From the NCBI RefSeq assembly GCF_000143415.4, contig NW_003314267.1, positions 1,123,309 to 1,187,308 of the forward strand: a stretch of 64,000 bases of DNA. Reading direction: 5' to 3'. The notes under the pieces were generated by a model that was not told the origin of the DNA, searched no databases, and saw nothing but the letters and a program-made list of their open reading frames with translations. The position numbers and the translations under genes are program-made. Within the stretch, counting starts at the first letter, position 1; each line of letters opens with the position of its first letter. Positions 39,577-50,150 of this stretch are shown in pieces. The stretch comes from Selaginella moellendorffii. Taxonomy: Eukaryota > Plantae > Lycopodiophyta.

Positions 39577-42500
39577 GCCATCTCTTAACAAGTGAGATAA
39601 GAGGCAGTGCAAGACAAAATAGATCACTGGTAAGAGATTTCAAGAAAAAAAAAGAAACAAAAATAGCAAGAAAAGTGAAGAAATCTTGAAAATCAAAAAG
39701 AATTTTGACAAAAAGAAAGCTATCCAATTCGATTAAAGATGTGAATGCTACTCTACATCTAAGGGACGAGCTGAGTAGGCTAAAGCAGACCGAAATCATT
39801 CAGGAGTATGTGAATGGGTTTATGGCAAAGAGGATACTTGTCACGGACATGGGGGATATGGATGCGTTCCATGCCTTCATATCAGGTTTGCAAACCTGGG
39901 CTCGTGGCGAAGTGATGCGGTGGAACCCGACCAACTATAAGGAAGCGTTGGATGTGGCCATCAAGGTGCATTTCAACGATAACCTGCGAAAAGGGAACAC
40001 GACGGGGTCGGGATCCACGTTTAGCAAAGGGGCCAAACCAAGGGGAACGTTTAACAGAGGGAAATTCAAGAAGAGTTTCTCTAAGAATGAGTCCTCGGGG
40101 TTCCGGAAAGGCAGATCTGGTGGCCAGCGAGCGAGTACGTGGGGGAGTCAAGCGAAAAGAGACAAACCCACGGATAAGAAGGTCAAGTCATATAGCAGTG
40201 TGGGAAACAACGTATGCTACAACTGCGGTGAAGCGGGACACTTCTCGAGGGAATGTCCTTACCCGAAGAAGGCCAGAGCTAATATGGCCATCAAGTCGGG
40301 TGAAGTCCAAACTGAGGTATGTGATCCAGTCCCCAACTCAAAGTTACTCATTACACGAGCAACTTTGGTAGAGAGTCGTTCGTGACATCTACTAGCCCTC
40401 CGAGGGAAGCTCGGAGGTAGCTTTGTTAAGATCCTTATTGACACGGGTGCTTCGGATAATTTTGTGGCTACAGACATAGTCCGGCAAGCCGGACTAATGG
40501 TGCAGCGGCTAGGCGAACCAAGGACTATAGAGTTTGTTCAAGGTAGCCAAAGCACCGATGAGGTACTTTGACAAGCGAGAGTCAAAGTGGGGACTTGGAA
40601 GGTGGACATGGATTTCACTGTGTTGGACATGGCGGGATTTGACATGATCTTTGGAATGGACTGGTTCAATCGATTCGTGGTAGCCCTGCATGGACAAGGT
40701 AGAAACCTTGTGGTACTGGCGAATGCCCAAGGAAGAAGATCTAGGGTGGAGGCCCAAGATCTAAAGGTAGGGCAAAGCAAGGCTAAAGATTCATGCTTAA
40801 ACCTAGTGTCCACGAGAGGACAACTCACTAAAGGAACTAAGGCAGCCTTTTTGTGCTTACTCTCGGTGAAGAGTGACAAAAAGACAGGAATGGAAGAAGT
40901 ACCTTTAGTGATCCAGCGGGTGTTGGACCAATTCCAGGATACTATGCCGGAGGAGCTACCGACGGGGCTACCCCCAGCACGACTGATAGAACATAAGATT
41001 GAGCTGGTCGAGGGTGCTGAGGCGGTCGTCCCCCTTATCGTTTGAACGAAAAAGAACTCAAGGAGCTCAAGTGCCAACTAAAGGAGTTAGTGGACAAAAG
41101 GTATGTTAGGTTGAGCAAGTTGCCATATGGGGCGCCGGGGTTATTTGTGAAAAAGAAAGATGGATCTATACGCATGTGCATAGACTACCGGTTGCTCAAC
41201 AAGTATACAAAGAAGAACAAGTACCCTTTGCCTAGGATTGAGGACCTGTTCGATAGGTTGGGAAAGGCAAAATACTTCTCGAGGATTGACCTAAGGTCAG
41301 GATACTACAAGATTAGGGTAGCCGAGGAAGATGTCGAGAAGACAACCTGTCGAACGAGGTATGGGAGCTTCAAGTTTCTGGTGATGCCCTTTGGGTTGTG
41401 CAATGCGCCAGCAACGTTTTCGGCGCTGATGAACCACATCTTTGTACCCTATTTATATCACTTCGTGGTCGTCTATATCGACGACATCCTGATATAGCGA
41501 GACGCTAGAGGAGCATGCCGAACAATTGGCGAAGGTGTTTGAGAAACTAAGGGAACACAAACTGTATGCTAAAGAGAGCAAATGTGACTTTGCTCAACAA
41601 GAGGTAAAGTTTCTCGGGCATGTGGTGGGCCAGGACGGGCTCAAGGTGGACTCGGAGAAGGTCCAAGCGATCCAGGAATGGGAGCGACCATCGAATGTAC
41701 ACGAGTTGAGGGAATTCCTGGGGTTATGCAACTACTATCAAAAGTTTATCAGACACTATTCGAGAGTAGCCCTGCCCTTAACGGACCAAACAGGAAAAGG
41801 GAAGATGGTATGGACAGCGGAATGCGAGGCGGCATTTGTCCACCTCAAAGGGAAGTTGAGGAAGGCTCCCGTATTGGCATTACCAGACTTTGGTAAGGAC
41901 TTTGAGGTAGAAACGGATGCTTCGGACTTTGTGTTGGGCGCAGTTTTGAAGCAAGACAACCATCCGGTAGCGTTCTTCTCGAAGAAGTTGGACAAAGCTC
42001 AAAGGAAGTGGCCTGCCCACGAGAAGGAATTGTTTGCGGTGGTCAAGGCGCTCAAGGAGTGGCGACACTACCTTGGGAGACACTTCAAGGTTTATACAGA
42101 CAATGTGGCAACAAAACACTTCTTGTCACAGCCCGACCTGAGAGGGAAACAAGGTCGGTGGGCCAATGCCTTGGCCGAGTTTGATTGCGAAATTTTGTAC
42201 AAGCCTGGGAAGAGCAACATCGTGGCGGATGCGCTAAGTCGAAAAGCGAGCTTGAGGTTGGCAATATCCAGCGCAACAGCAACCTTCTGGGACGATGTGC
42301 GGACAGCATATGAGAACGATGGTCTAGCACAAGAAGTGTTGCTGAGGAATCTAGAGGCACAGGAAGCTCACCAGAGAGGTGAGCTGCCAACGGAAGAGAA
42401 AACGGGCTATACAAAACGCAACGGACTCATCTATTACAAGCAAATGAGGGTGTGTGTTTCAGAAGGGGAACTAAGGAAGGTAGCCTTAGAAGAGTGTCAT

Positions 42501-42984
42501 GACGGACCTCTTGCGGGACACGGCGGAGTGCCCAAGACGATGGGCTTACTCAAGAGGAAGTACCATTGGCCAGATATGGCTAGAGACATCCAAGACTATG
42601 TAAAGACATGTCCAACATGTCAGCAGGTAAAAGCCGTGACTAAGGCTAGTGGGGGCTTGTTGCAAAGCATCCCAATTCCAGATCGTCCGTGGAAATGTCT
42701 TACGATGGACTTCATCACGGGACTCTCCCCAAGTGGGGGGTTTGATGTGATATTCGTGGTGGTGGACCGATTTTCGAAAATGGCACATTTCATACCCACC
42801 ACAACGGAGGTGGATGCGGAAGGTGTGGCGAAGCTATTCTTCGAATAAGTGGTTTGAGTGCGGGGAAGACCGGAAGAGATCATCTCAGATCGAGATAAGA
42901 TCTTCACTAGTAGGTTCTGGAGGACTCTCCTGGAACAGTATCACACCAAGTTGAAATTCAGCACAGCCTATCACCCACAGACAG

Positions 42985-43030
42985 GTATGGGGTATTAAGT
43001 CAAGTTGTTGGCACTAACACTTCTTGACAG
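42985..43030 (+). other. Spliceosomal-type intron 1 (46 nt) in gypsy integrase
   Basis: CAG|GTATGG...CACTAAC...TTGACAG|AC. Removal gives HPQT-D-GQTERVN; retention hits an in-frame TAA. Confidence 0.85.
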
Positions 43031-43448
43031 ACGGACAAACGGAAAGGGTGAATAGGCAGCTAGAGGATTATTTGCGATGCTATGTCTCGGGAGACCAGAC
43101 CGATTGGGTAAGTCATTTGGGACTTGCGGAAATGTGTTATAAAAACTCACCACATTCGAGTATCGGGGTGAGTTCATGGGAAGTCATCAATGGGCGAGCT
43201 ATTGAAGGTCCTGTGGAACTCTGCATGGCCGAGTATCATGGAGAGTTGCCCGCAGTGGAGGCATTCACGACGGAAAGACTCAGCATTTGGAATCTAGTGA
43301 GGGATTCCTTAGAACGGGCTCAACAAAGGCAAACCAAATACGCGAACTAGAAGCGTCGGGATGTAGAGTTCCAAGCTGGGGAGAAGGTGTGGCTGAACAC
43401 CAAGAATCTCAGACTACCAAGTGGGATTAGCCGAAAGTTGACCCAAAG

Positions 43449-43500
43449 GTAAAGATGCATGTATTCCTGTAAATGAATTGATCTTGAGTTCCTTAAGCAG
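43449..43500 (+). other. Spliceosomal-type intron 2 (52 nt) in gypsy integrase, just before GPY
   Basis: AAG|GTAAAG...CCTTAAGCAG|GT. Removal gives SRKLTQ-R-FMGPYEI. Confidence 0.85.
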
Positions 43501-45289
43501 GTTCATGGGGCCTTACGAGATTGAGGCACGAATCGGTAAAGTGGCTTACTGTCTCCGACTTTCTCAAGAGATGGGGAAGATGCACCCAGTGTTCCACGTG
43601 AACTTACTCAAGCCGTACTTTGAGGATCCACTTCGCAAGGACCAAGTGAGACCTTTACCTGAGGTTATCCAAGGGGAAGAGGAATACGAAGTCGAGGCCA
43701 TCCTCAATGCGCGCAAGAGCAAGCGACAAGGACGTGAGGTGAGAGAGTTCCATGTGAAGTGGAAAGGATTTCCACACTGCAAAGCAACATGGGAACCGGA
43801 GGAGAACCTAGCAAACGAGCGAGATCTAGTGGAGGAATTTCTGCAAGGCAGAACTCTATGTACTTATGCAAAGTTCAATTAAAAATATCAATTTGCAAAG
43901 TTGAGCAAGTGGCATATGTTGGGACCTGAAGGCACGCTGAAGGTAAGCTAATTAGCATGGATTGGATAGGTCGACCAGGCATAGGGCACTACGCCCGACT
44001 CCCCGCGGGCATGTCGAATCCGTAGACGTATTCTACGGAGGTTGGGTTCAAGTCCCAACCCCCTAGTAAAGCAAGGCTAGGTTCAAGTCTCGACCCCATA
44101 CTAGGGTGTGGTGAGGTGAGGGGTATAGGGACACCTATATTCCGTTATCATGGGCTCTTGGCCGGGGAGGCTAACTTAGGCACACCGCTAAGTGGGGGGA
44201 TGCCCCCGGAGACATGGTCAACAAGTCGTAGGATAAAAAGAGACGTTCGATGTGGGCATTGAACTTCTTCTATGGGTGGTGGAGTTGTAAGGAACCGACT
44301 CCCCGAGATGTCATAGGCTAAAGGATCCCCGAAAGCTTGACCGAAATGACAAAGAGTTCATCGGATGGGACCGAGTCAAAGATCGAGTCCAAGACTAACT
44401 CTGAGATCGAGTTTGAGATAGAGTCCGGGATCGAGCCAAGGCCGAATCGGAGGCCGAGATCGAGACCTAGGTCGAGTCCGAAGTCGAGTCCGAGATCGGG
44501 TCCGAGATCGAGTCCGAGACCGAATCCGAAGTCGGGTCCAAGATTGAGTCCGAGATCGATTCTGAGACTAAGTCCACATACTAATACAGCTTAAGGGGTG
44601 AAAGCCCAAAGCGTGTGTCTCCCGGGGGGGGCTGCAGGGGGTTCCAAAAGCATAGTAGGGATAGTGAGGTCTAGGAACTAGTCTTGAAGGAACTCTCTAG
44701 TGGTGCTTCCAAACTGACTTGAGGTTGAGACTGGGGCCGAGGGGCCTTGGGTGGGAGTGAGCATGGGCATGAGTGGTGCCGAAGGGGCCACCTAGGGAAG
44801 TGCTCAAGAGCAGCTCCCCCTCCCAAAAGTGAAACCAACTGCGGTGCTCCCGGCTCATGTGGAGTGGTGCCCCACTTGAGTACCTTGTGGCTCATTGGTC
44901 CGCCCTTCCTAGGGGCTTGGGCCTTCCCTTCGGGATGGAAGTGGGGGGGGTAGAGGTACCCATACCAGGCCGTTAGGCCACGGTGTTTTGCCCTGACGTC
45001 TCGAAGCAAGTGCTGCACCTAAGGCTTGGGATTTAAAGGGTCCCATGATCAAGTCTTATGCTACCAAGGGGTGGTAGGAATCTGGAGGCTTGGTATGCTT
45101 GGCTGCTTGTGCCTGCGGGGAGTGTAGCCGAACCTTAAGTCCAATCTAACCCAGGGAGGGGGATTGGGAGAAATTTGGGAATTCATAGATGGATGGCTAA
45201 CACTCTGTTGCTCGTGCAGTGAGTAGCTGAAACCAAGTAGGACCAAGTAGGAGCTGATACCATAGGCGAGAACCTTGGCAAGGGAACTT

Positions 45290-48200
45290 CCCTTTAGCCA
45301 ATTGGCTTAGGGTGTAAGGAATAGGATCCTAACATTGGTATCGAAGGCCAGTTTGATTTTGTGGCTGATGAGTGGGGCAGGAATATTCAAGTTCTTGTCC
45401 TTCACTATTCTTATCTGGAGGCCTCCTGTGCTTTCTCAGGCTGCTAGTGCTATCGCCTCTGGACCTCTACCAAAAGACTGAAGCTTGTTCTTCTCCATCT
45501 TGTTGTGTGCACAGTGGAGCTATGCAGCGATCAACCTAGTGGAATAGAGAAGGTCAGACGAAGATAGGAGGACCTGGCACTGCCTCTAGAAGCATCCATC
45601 AGGATAACTGGGAATCGATGCCACCCCAGGAAGTTTTTGAGTTCTTCCCATAATAAAGGTTTTTGGTGGTGTGGACGAGTGTCTCGCTTGGCTAGCCAAT
45701 GTGAAGAAGTTCTTGGCTGCTAGAGGAACTCCAGATGCAAAGGCTTTAGTGGCTATTCCGATGGTTTTGCGTGATGCGGGTCTTCGATGGTGGAATTGGC
45801 TTGAGGAGTCCCGTGTTGCGGATAAGAAACCACCAGTGTCTACCATGGATGAATTTGAGGCTACTTTCCATTTACGTTTTGCCCCTCATTACGATGTGGA
45901 GAATGCTTGTACGGAACTTTGACATTTCCAGCAAGGGAAAATGACGCTCGGGGACTATATTGAGAAGCTTACTCGCTTGATTAGTTGTGTTCCAACGAAG
46001 GATCCAGATCAGAACAAGTCCTACTTCATTGATGGCCTACATAGTGAGAGCATGCAGCAACACTTGTGTCATTCTCAGCCTACAAAGAGTTTGGAGGAGC
46101 TCTTTGATGCAGCTCGTCGACTTGACAATGACAAGCACAAGTCTTGCAAGCATTCGCGGAGTCCTTCTGTCGAGAATCGTCGTGATGATCGCCGTGGACA
46201 CAAGGATGGGAACAAGCATCACAAGTTGAAGTCAGTGGTGACTACTTCAGATGCAAAGGGGTCCAAGAAGCAAAAGTTCTTTGTGAAGAATTATAGACAG
46301 GGTTGTCATCATTGCGGCGAACTTGGACACTACAAGGCTGATTGTCCGCAGTTGAAGAACAAGCAGCAGGACAAGAAGAATGGCCAATCTTCTTCTCACG
46401 GTAAGTTAGATACTAAAAAGTTGCAAACTTTGCAGCGTGAGGATAAGGAGAACGACCATTCTGGTCGGAGGAAGCAACTTTCAATCGTTGCTCGTCAACT
46501 CAACTGTGTGTGGAACACAATGGAGCTCGAGGATACGCGTGAATTAGCTTTAATGCTGGAGGGCGTGTTCCATGGCGATCCAGTGCGGATTTTACTGGAT
46601 AGTGGGAGCGATGACAACTTTGTTCCGGCAAAGTTTGTTGCGGAGCATGGCCTGAACACACGCGGAGTTCTTCCATACACAGTGGAAGGTGCAGCTACCT
46701 CTACTCAGCATTTCAATGCTTGTGTCGAGGGGCTGGAAGTGTTGGTTGGCAAAACCACACTTGTGGAGACTTTTTATCTCGCGGATATCCATCGTGTGGA
46801 TCTCATCCTTGGGATGCCATGGTTGGTGAAGGTGGATCTCAGCGATAACGTGGAGTATTAAGCGTATCTTGCTGGAGTATGGTGGAGTTAAAGATGTGTG
46901 GTTTGGCGAGGGCGTTCAACCCCCAGTTGTTATGCTCTCTGCTACATCTTTGAAGTGGGCTTGTTGTAATGGAAAAGCACTTTCGAGTTACTTGTTGTTT
47001 ATTCGTGACTTGGGGGACCAAGGCACGTGTGGGGGAGAAGCAACAGTACAGGATGTACTGGACGAGTTTTCTGATGTTTTTCCATCTGAACTTCCTCATG
47101 GATTGCCTCCGTTACGAGGCGTGGAGCATGGGATTACATTGGAGTTGGGGACGCGACCAATTTGCCGGCGTCCATTTCGGTTAAGTTATGCGGAGGAGCA
47201 AGAAGTTCAACGACAAGTCAAAGAGTTACTTGAGTTTGGATTTATTCAGCTAAGTAAGTCTCCATTTGGTGCTCCGATCTTGCTTGTGAAGAAGAAGGAC
47301 GGTTCAATGCGAATGTGTATTGACTACCGTGCTTTGAACAAGAAGATAGTGAAGGATAAGATGCCAATGCCACGTGTGGATGATATCCTGGACAAGCTTG
47401 GTGAAGCACGAGTGTTTACCAAGATTGATCTGAGGAGTGGATATCATCAGATTGCAATGGATGATGCATCTATCTCCAAGACGGCATTCAACACAAGCTT
47501 CAGACATTTTGAGTTTACAATTATGCCGTTTGGTTTGATGAATGCACCGGCCACATTTACTCGGTTGATGACGGAGGTATTTGGGCGTTATCTTCATGAG
47601 TTTGTGGAGATTTTCTTGGACGATATTCTTGTTTTTAGCAAGAATATGGAGGAGCATAGGGTGCATTTGCGCAAGGTTCTTTTGTTACTTCGAGACAGCA
47701 AACTTTATGCAAAGAAGAGCAACTGTGAATTTGCAAAGTCAGAGGTGGAATATCTAGGCCATATTGTGACATCTCAGGGTGTCAAGACGGATCCAAGGAA
47801 GGTGGCTGTGGTGGAAAACTGGCCTACACCGACTACAGTGGCCGAGTTGCGTAATTTTCTTGGTATGGCTAGTTACTACCGATGTTTCCAGCATAAGTTT
47901 GCAGAGGTGGCTATTCCTTTGACACGGTTGTTACGCAAGAATGTGCCATTCGAATGGAAGAAGCCACAAGAGGAGAGTTTTGTGGCGCTAAAGCGATTGT
48001 TGAGCGAGACTCCAGTGCTTCGCATTGCTGATCCATTGAAACCTTACGAGGTGACATGCGATGCGAGTGGTTATGCACTGGGAGGAGTTCTCATGCAAGA
48101 GGGACAGCCTATTGCATATGAGAGTCAAACTTTGAATTCTGCGAAGCAACACTATTCCACATATGAGCAAGAGTTACTCTCTGTTGTTCATGCTTTGCGG

Positions 48201-49864
48201 ACGTAGCGGCACTATCCTTATGGTGCAGTGTTTGTGGTGTTGACAGATCACAAACCACTTGTGTATCTTTTCACACAGAAGGAGTTGAACACTAGGCAAG
48301 CTCGTTGGATGGTCAAACTCATGGAGTTTGGGGAGTTTCCTATTGAGCATCGTCCGGGAAAATCAAATGTGGTGGCAGATGCTTTATCTCGTATTTGTCA
48401 TGTGACAACGTTACGAACACGATTTTGTCATCATTTGAGTAAAGTGGTTAGCGAATTTGGGCAGTTGGTTGAGCATGCTCAAGCTCAGGATGCTGAAGTG
48501 GCCTCTTTGCGAGACCAGATGGAAGCCCCTTTCTCATTGGTGGATGGGATTCTCTACTATAATGGCCGTGTATATTTGCCACGGATGGATGCGTTAATTA
48601 CTCAAGTTTTATTCCACTATCATGATCGTCCAGATGCCGGTCATTTTGGGGGGAAGAAGACGTATAAGTTGATTACGTGCAACTTTTATTGGAGGAATAT
48701 GAAGGTTGATATCCTCAAGTATTGTAAATCATGCGAGCTTTGTCAGCGGGTTAAGGTGCCACGAGAGAAGCCGGGGGGATTTTTGCAACCTTTACCTATT
48801 CCTCAGAGCCGTTGGTGTAGTATCTCTATGGACTTCATCACTTGTTTGCCACGAACACAGAGGCAAAAGGAACAAGTATGGGTCATAGTGGATCGATTGA
48901 CGAAGTATGTGTGGTTGTTGGCTCTTCGGAAGACTGTCACTGCCTCAGACTTGGCTGCGGTTTACTTGGAGAAGGTTTTTCCTGACTTTGGTTTGCCGGA
49001 GGACATCATTAGTGATCGAGATTCAAAGTTCACCAGTGGATTTTGGAAAAGCTTTGTAAAGGCTATGCAAGTGACTTTGAAACTCTCGAGTGGAGATCAT
49101 CCTCAGACGGATGGGCAAACTGAGCGTGTGAATCAGGTGGTGGAGGATATGCTACATTGTAGCATTGGTCAAAGGCAAGGACAGTGGGATTTATATCTTC
49201 CGTTGGTGCAATTTTCTTACAACAATAGCCAACACAGTGGAACCAAGCTAAGTCCTTATTTTGCCATGTTTGGAAGGCATCCTCAAACAGCGGTGGAGTT
49301 GGGATTGCATTTGAGTAAGGACGTTCAAGATAAGCTTGATTCCGAGGTGACTGATTTGGCCACAGAACTTGATGAGATTTTGGTGGTGTGCAAACGGAAT
49401 TTGCAAGCAGCTCAGGATAGAGCGGAGAAATTTGCCAATGAGCATCGCCAATTCCAGGAATATAAGGTGAGTGATCTCGTCTTTGTGCGAGTGATCTTTC
49501 CGTCAAGTGAGCGGTGGAACACCTTGGTGCCTTTATGGATAGGGAAGAGTGATAAACTTTCCCATCAATATGCTGGTCCATATGAAGTGCTGGAGCGCAT
49601 TGGTAAAGCGGCTTATCGGGTGCGGCTGCCAGCTGGGGTGAAAATTCATCCGGTATTTTATGTCAGCCAATTGAAAGGTGTACTATCTCAGAGTGACAGG
49701 CCCAATGCCTCCTTGATGTATACGGCTGTGGAAGATGGACCAGGAGCTTAAGCAGGGTTCCCCAGAAAGGGTGATCACCAGTACAACTCATCCTTGGGAC
49801 AAGGACTTTGTTGGGGAGGAATAATTAATCACCCCTAACTGTGACTACGTACATTACCTATAAC
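45290..49864 (+). mobile_element. Second, divergent Ty3/gypsy element (B): LTR end, PBS and intronless gag-pol; runs into the gap
   Basis: ...cctaaca followed by TGGTATCG at 45336. Gag CHHCGELGHYKADC; protease LLDSGS; RT FLDD; RH TCDAS; contiguous HPQTDGQTERVN and QYAGPY. Single frame broken by a few stops or shifts. PPT-like ggggagga at ~49813. Confidence 0.9.
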
Positions 49865-49964
49865 NNNNNNNNNNNNNNNNNNNNNNNNNNNNNNNNNNNN
49901 NNNNNNNNNNNNNNNNNNNNNNNNNNNNNNNNNNNNNNNNNNNNNNNNNNNNNNNNNNNNNNNN

Positions 49965-50104
49965 AAGAGTTGTACCGGTGATCACCCTTTCTGGGGAACC
50001 CTGCTCAAACTGCTAGTCCGTCTTCCACAGCCGTATACATAAAGGAGGCATTGGGCCTGTCACTCCGAGATAGTACACTTTTCAACTGGCTGACATAAAA
50101 TACC
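49965..50104 (-). repeat. Diverged inverted copy of the 3' end of element B (~49650-49790)
   Basis: Reverse-complement match across the N gap, with substitutions. Confidence 0.8.
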
Positions 50105-50150
50105 TTTATTATTTTGAGTTCAAAAGCCTACTCCACATTTCTTCTTTTAT

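Larger units (their letters stand above)
39730..45289 (+). mobile_element. Ty3/gypsy chromovirus body (element A): gag-PR-RT-RH-IN-chromodomain, PPT and 3' LTR; 5' truncated, with introns in integrase
   Basis: Gag knuckle CYNCGEAGHFSREC; protease LIDTGAS; RT IDLRSGY and YIDD; RNaseH ETDAS; IN HHCC, MDF, ISDRD and QTERVN; GPY; chromodomain YEVEAIL...VKWKGF..TWEPEENL. PPT tatgggtggtggagt at 44271-44285; LTR from 44286. Several stops and frameshifts, so this copy is inactive. Confidence 0.93.

Noticed and set aside
39537-39577. Apparent 41-nt GTAAGC...TTACAG intron upstream of gag
   Set aside because: It is the LTR terminus (GGCTTACA) plus the first base of the GCCAT TSD.
40767-40806. Possible intron between protease and RT
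   Set aside because: It reads through in frame, and removal would break pol.
43848-43969. Further introns after the chromodomain
   Set aside because: Weak GC donor with AAG acceptor, or only 27 nt long; no conserved motif to test against.
44038-44100. True tRNA gene
   Set aside because: T-arm-like hairpins only; no convincing D-arm/A-box or acceptor stem.
36663-45334. One full-length element with LTRs at 36663 and 44286
   Set aside because: The first LTR has its own GCCAT TSD and no PBS follows it, so it is a separate solo LTR.
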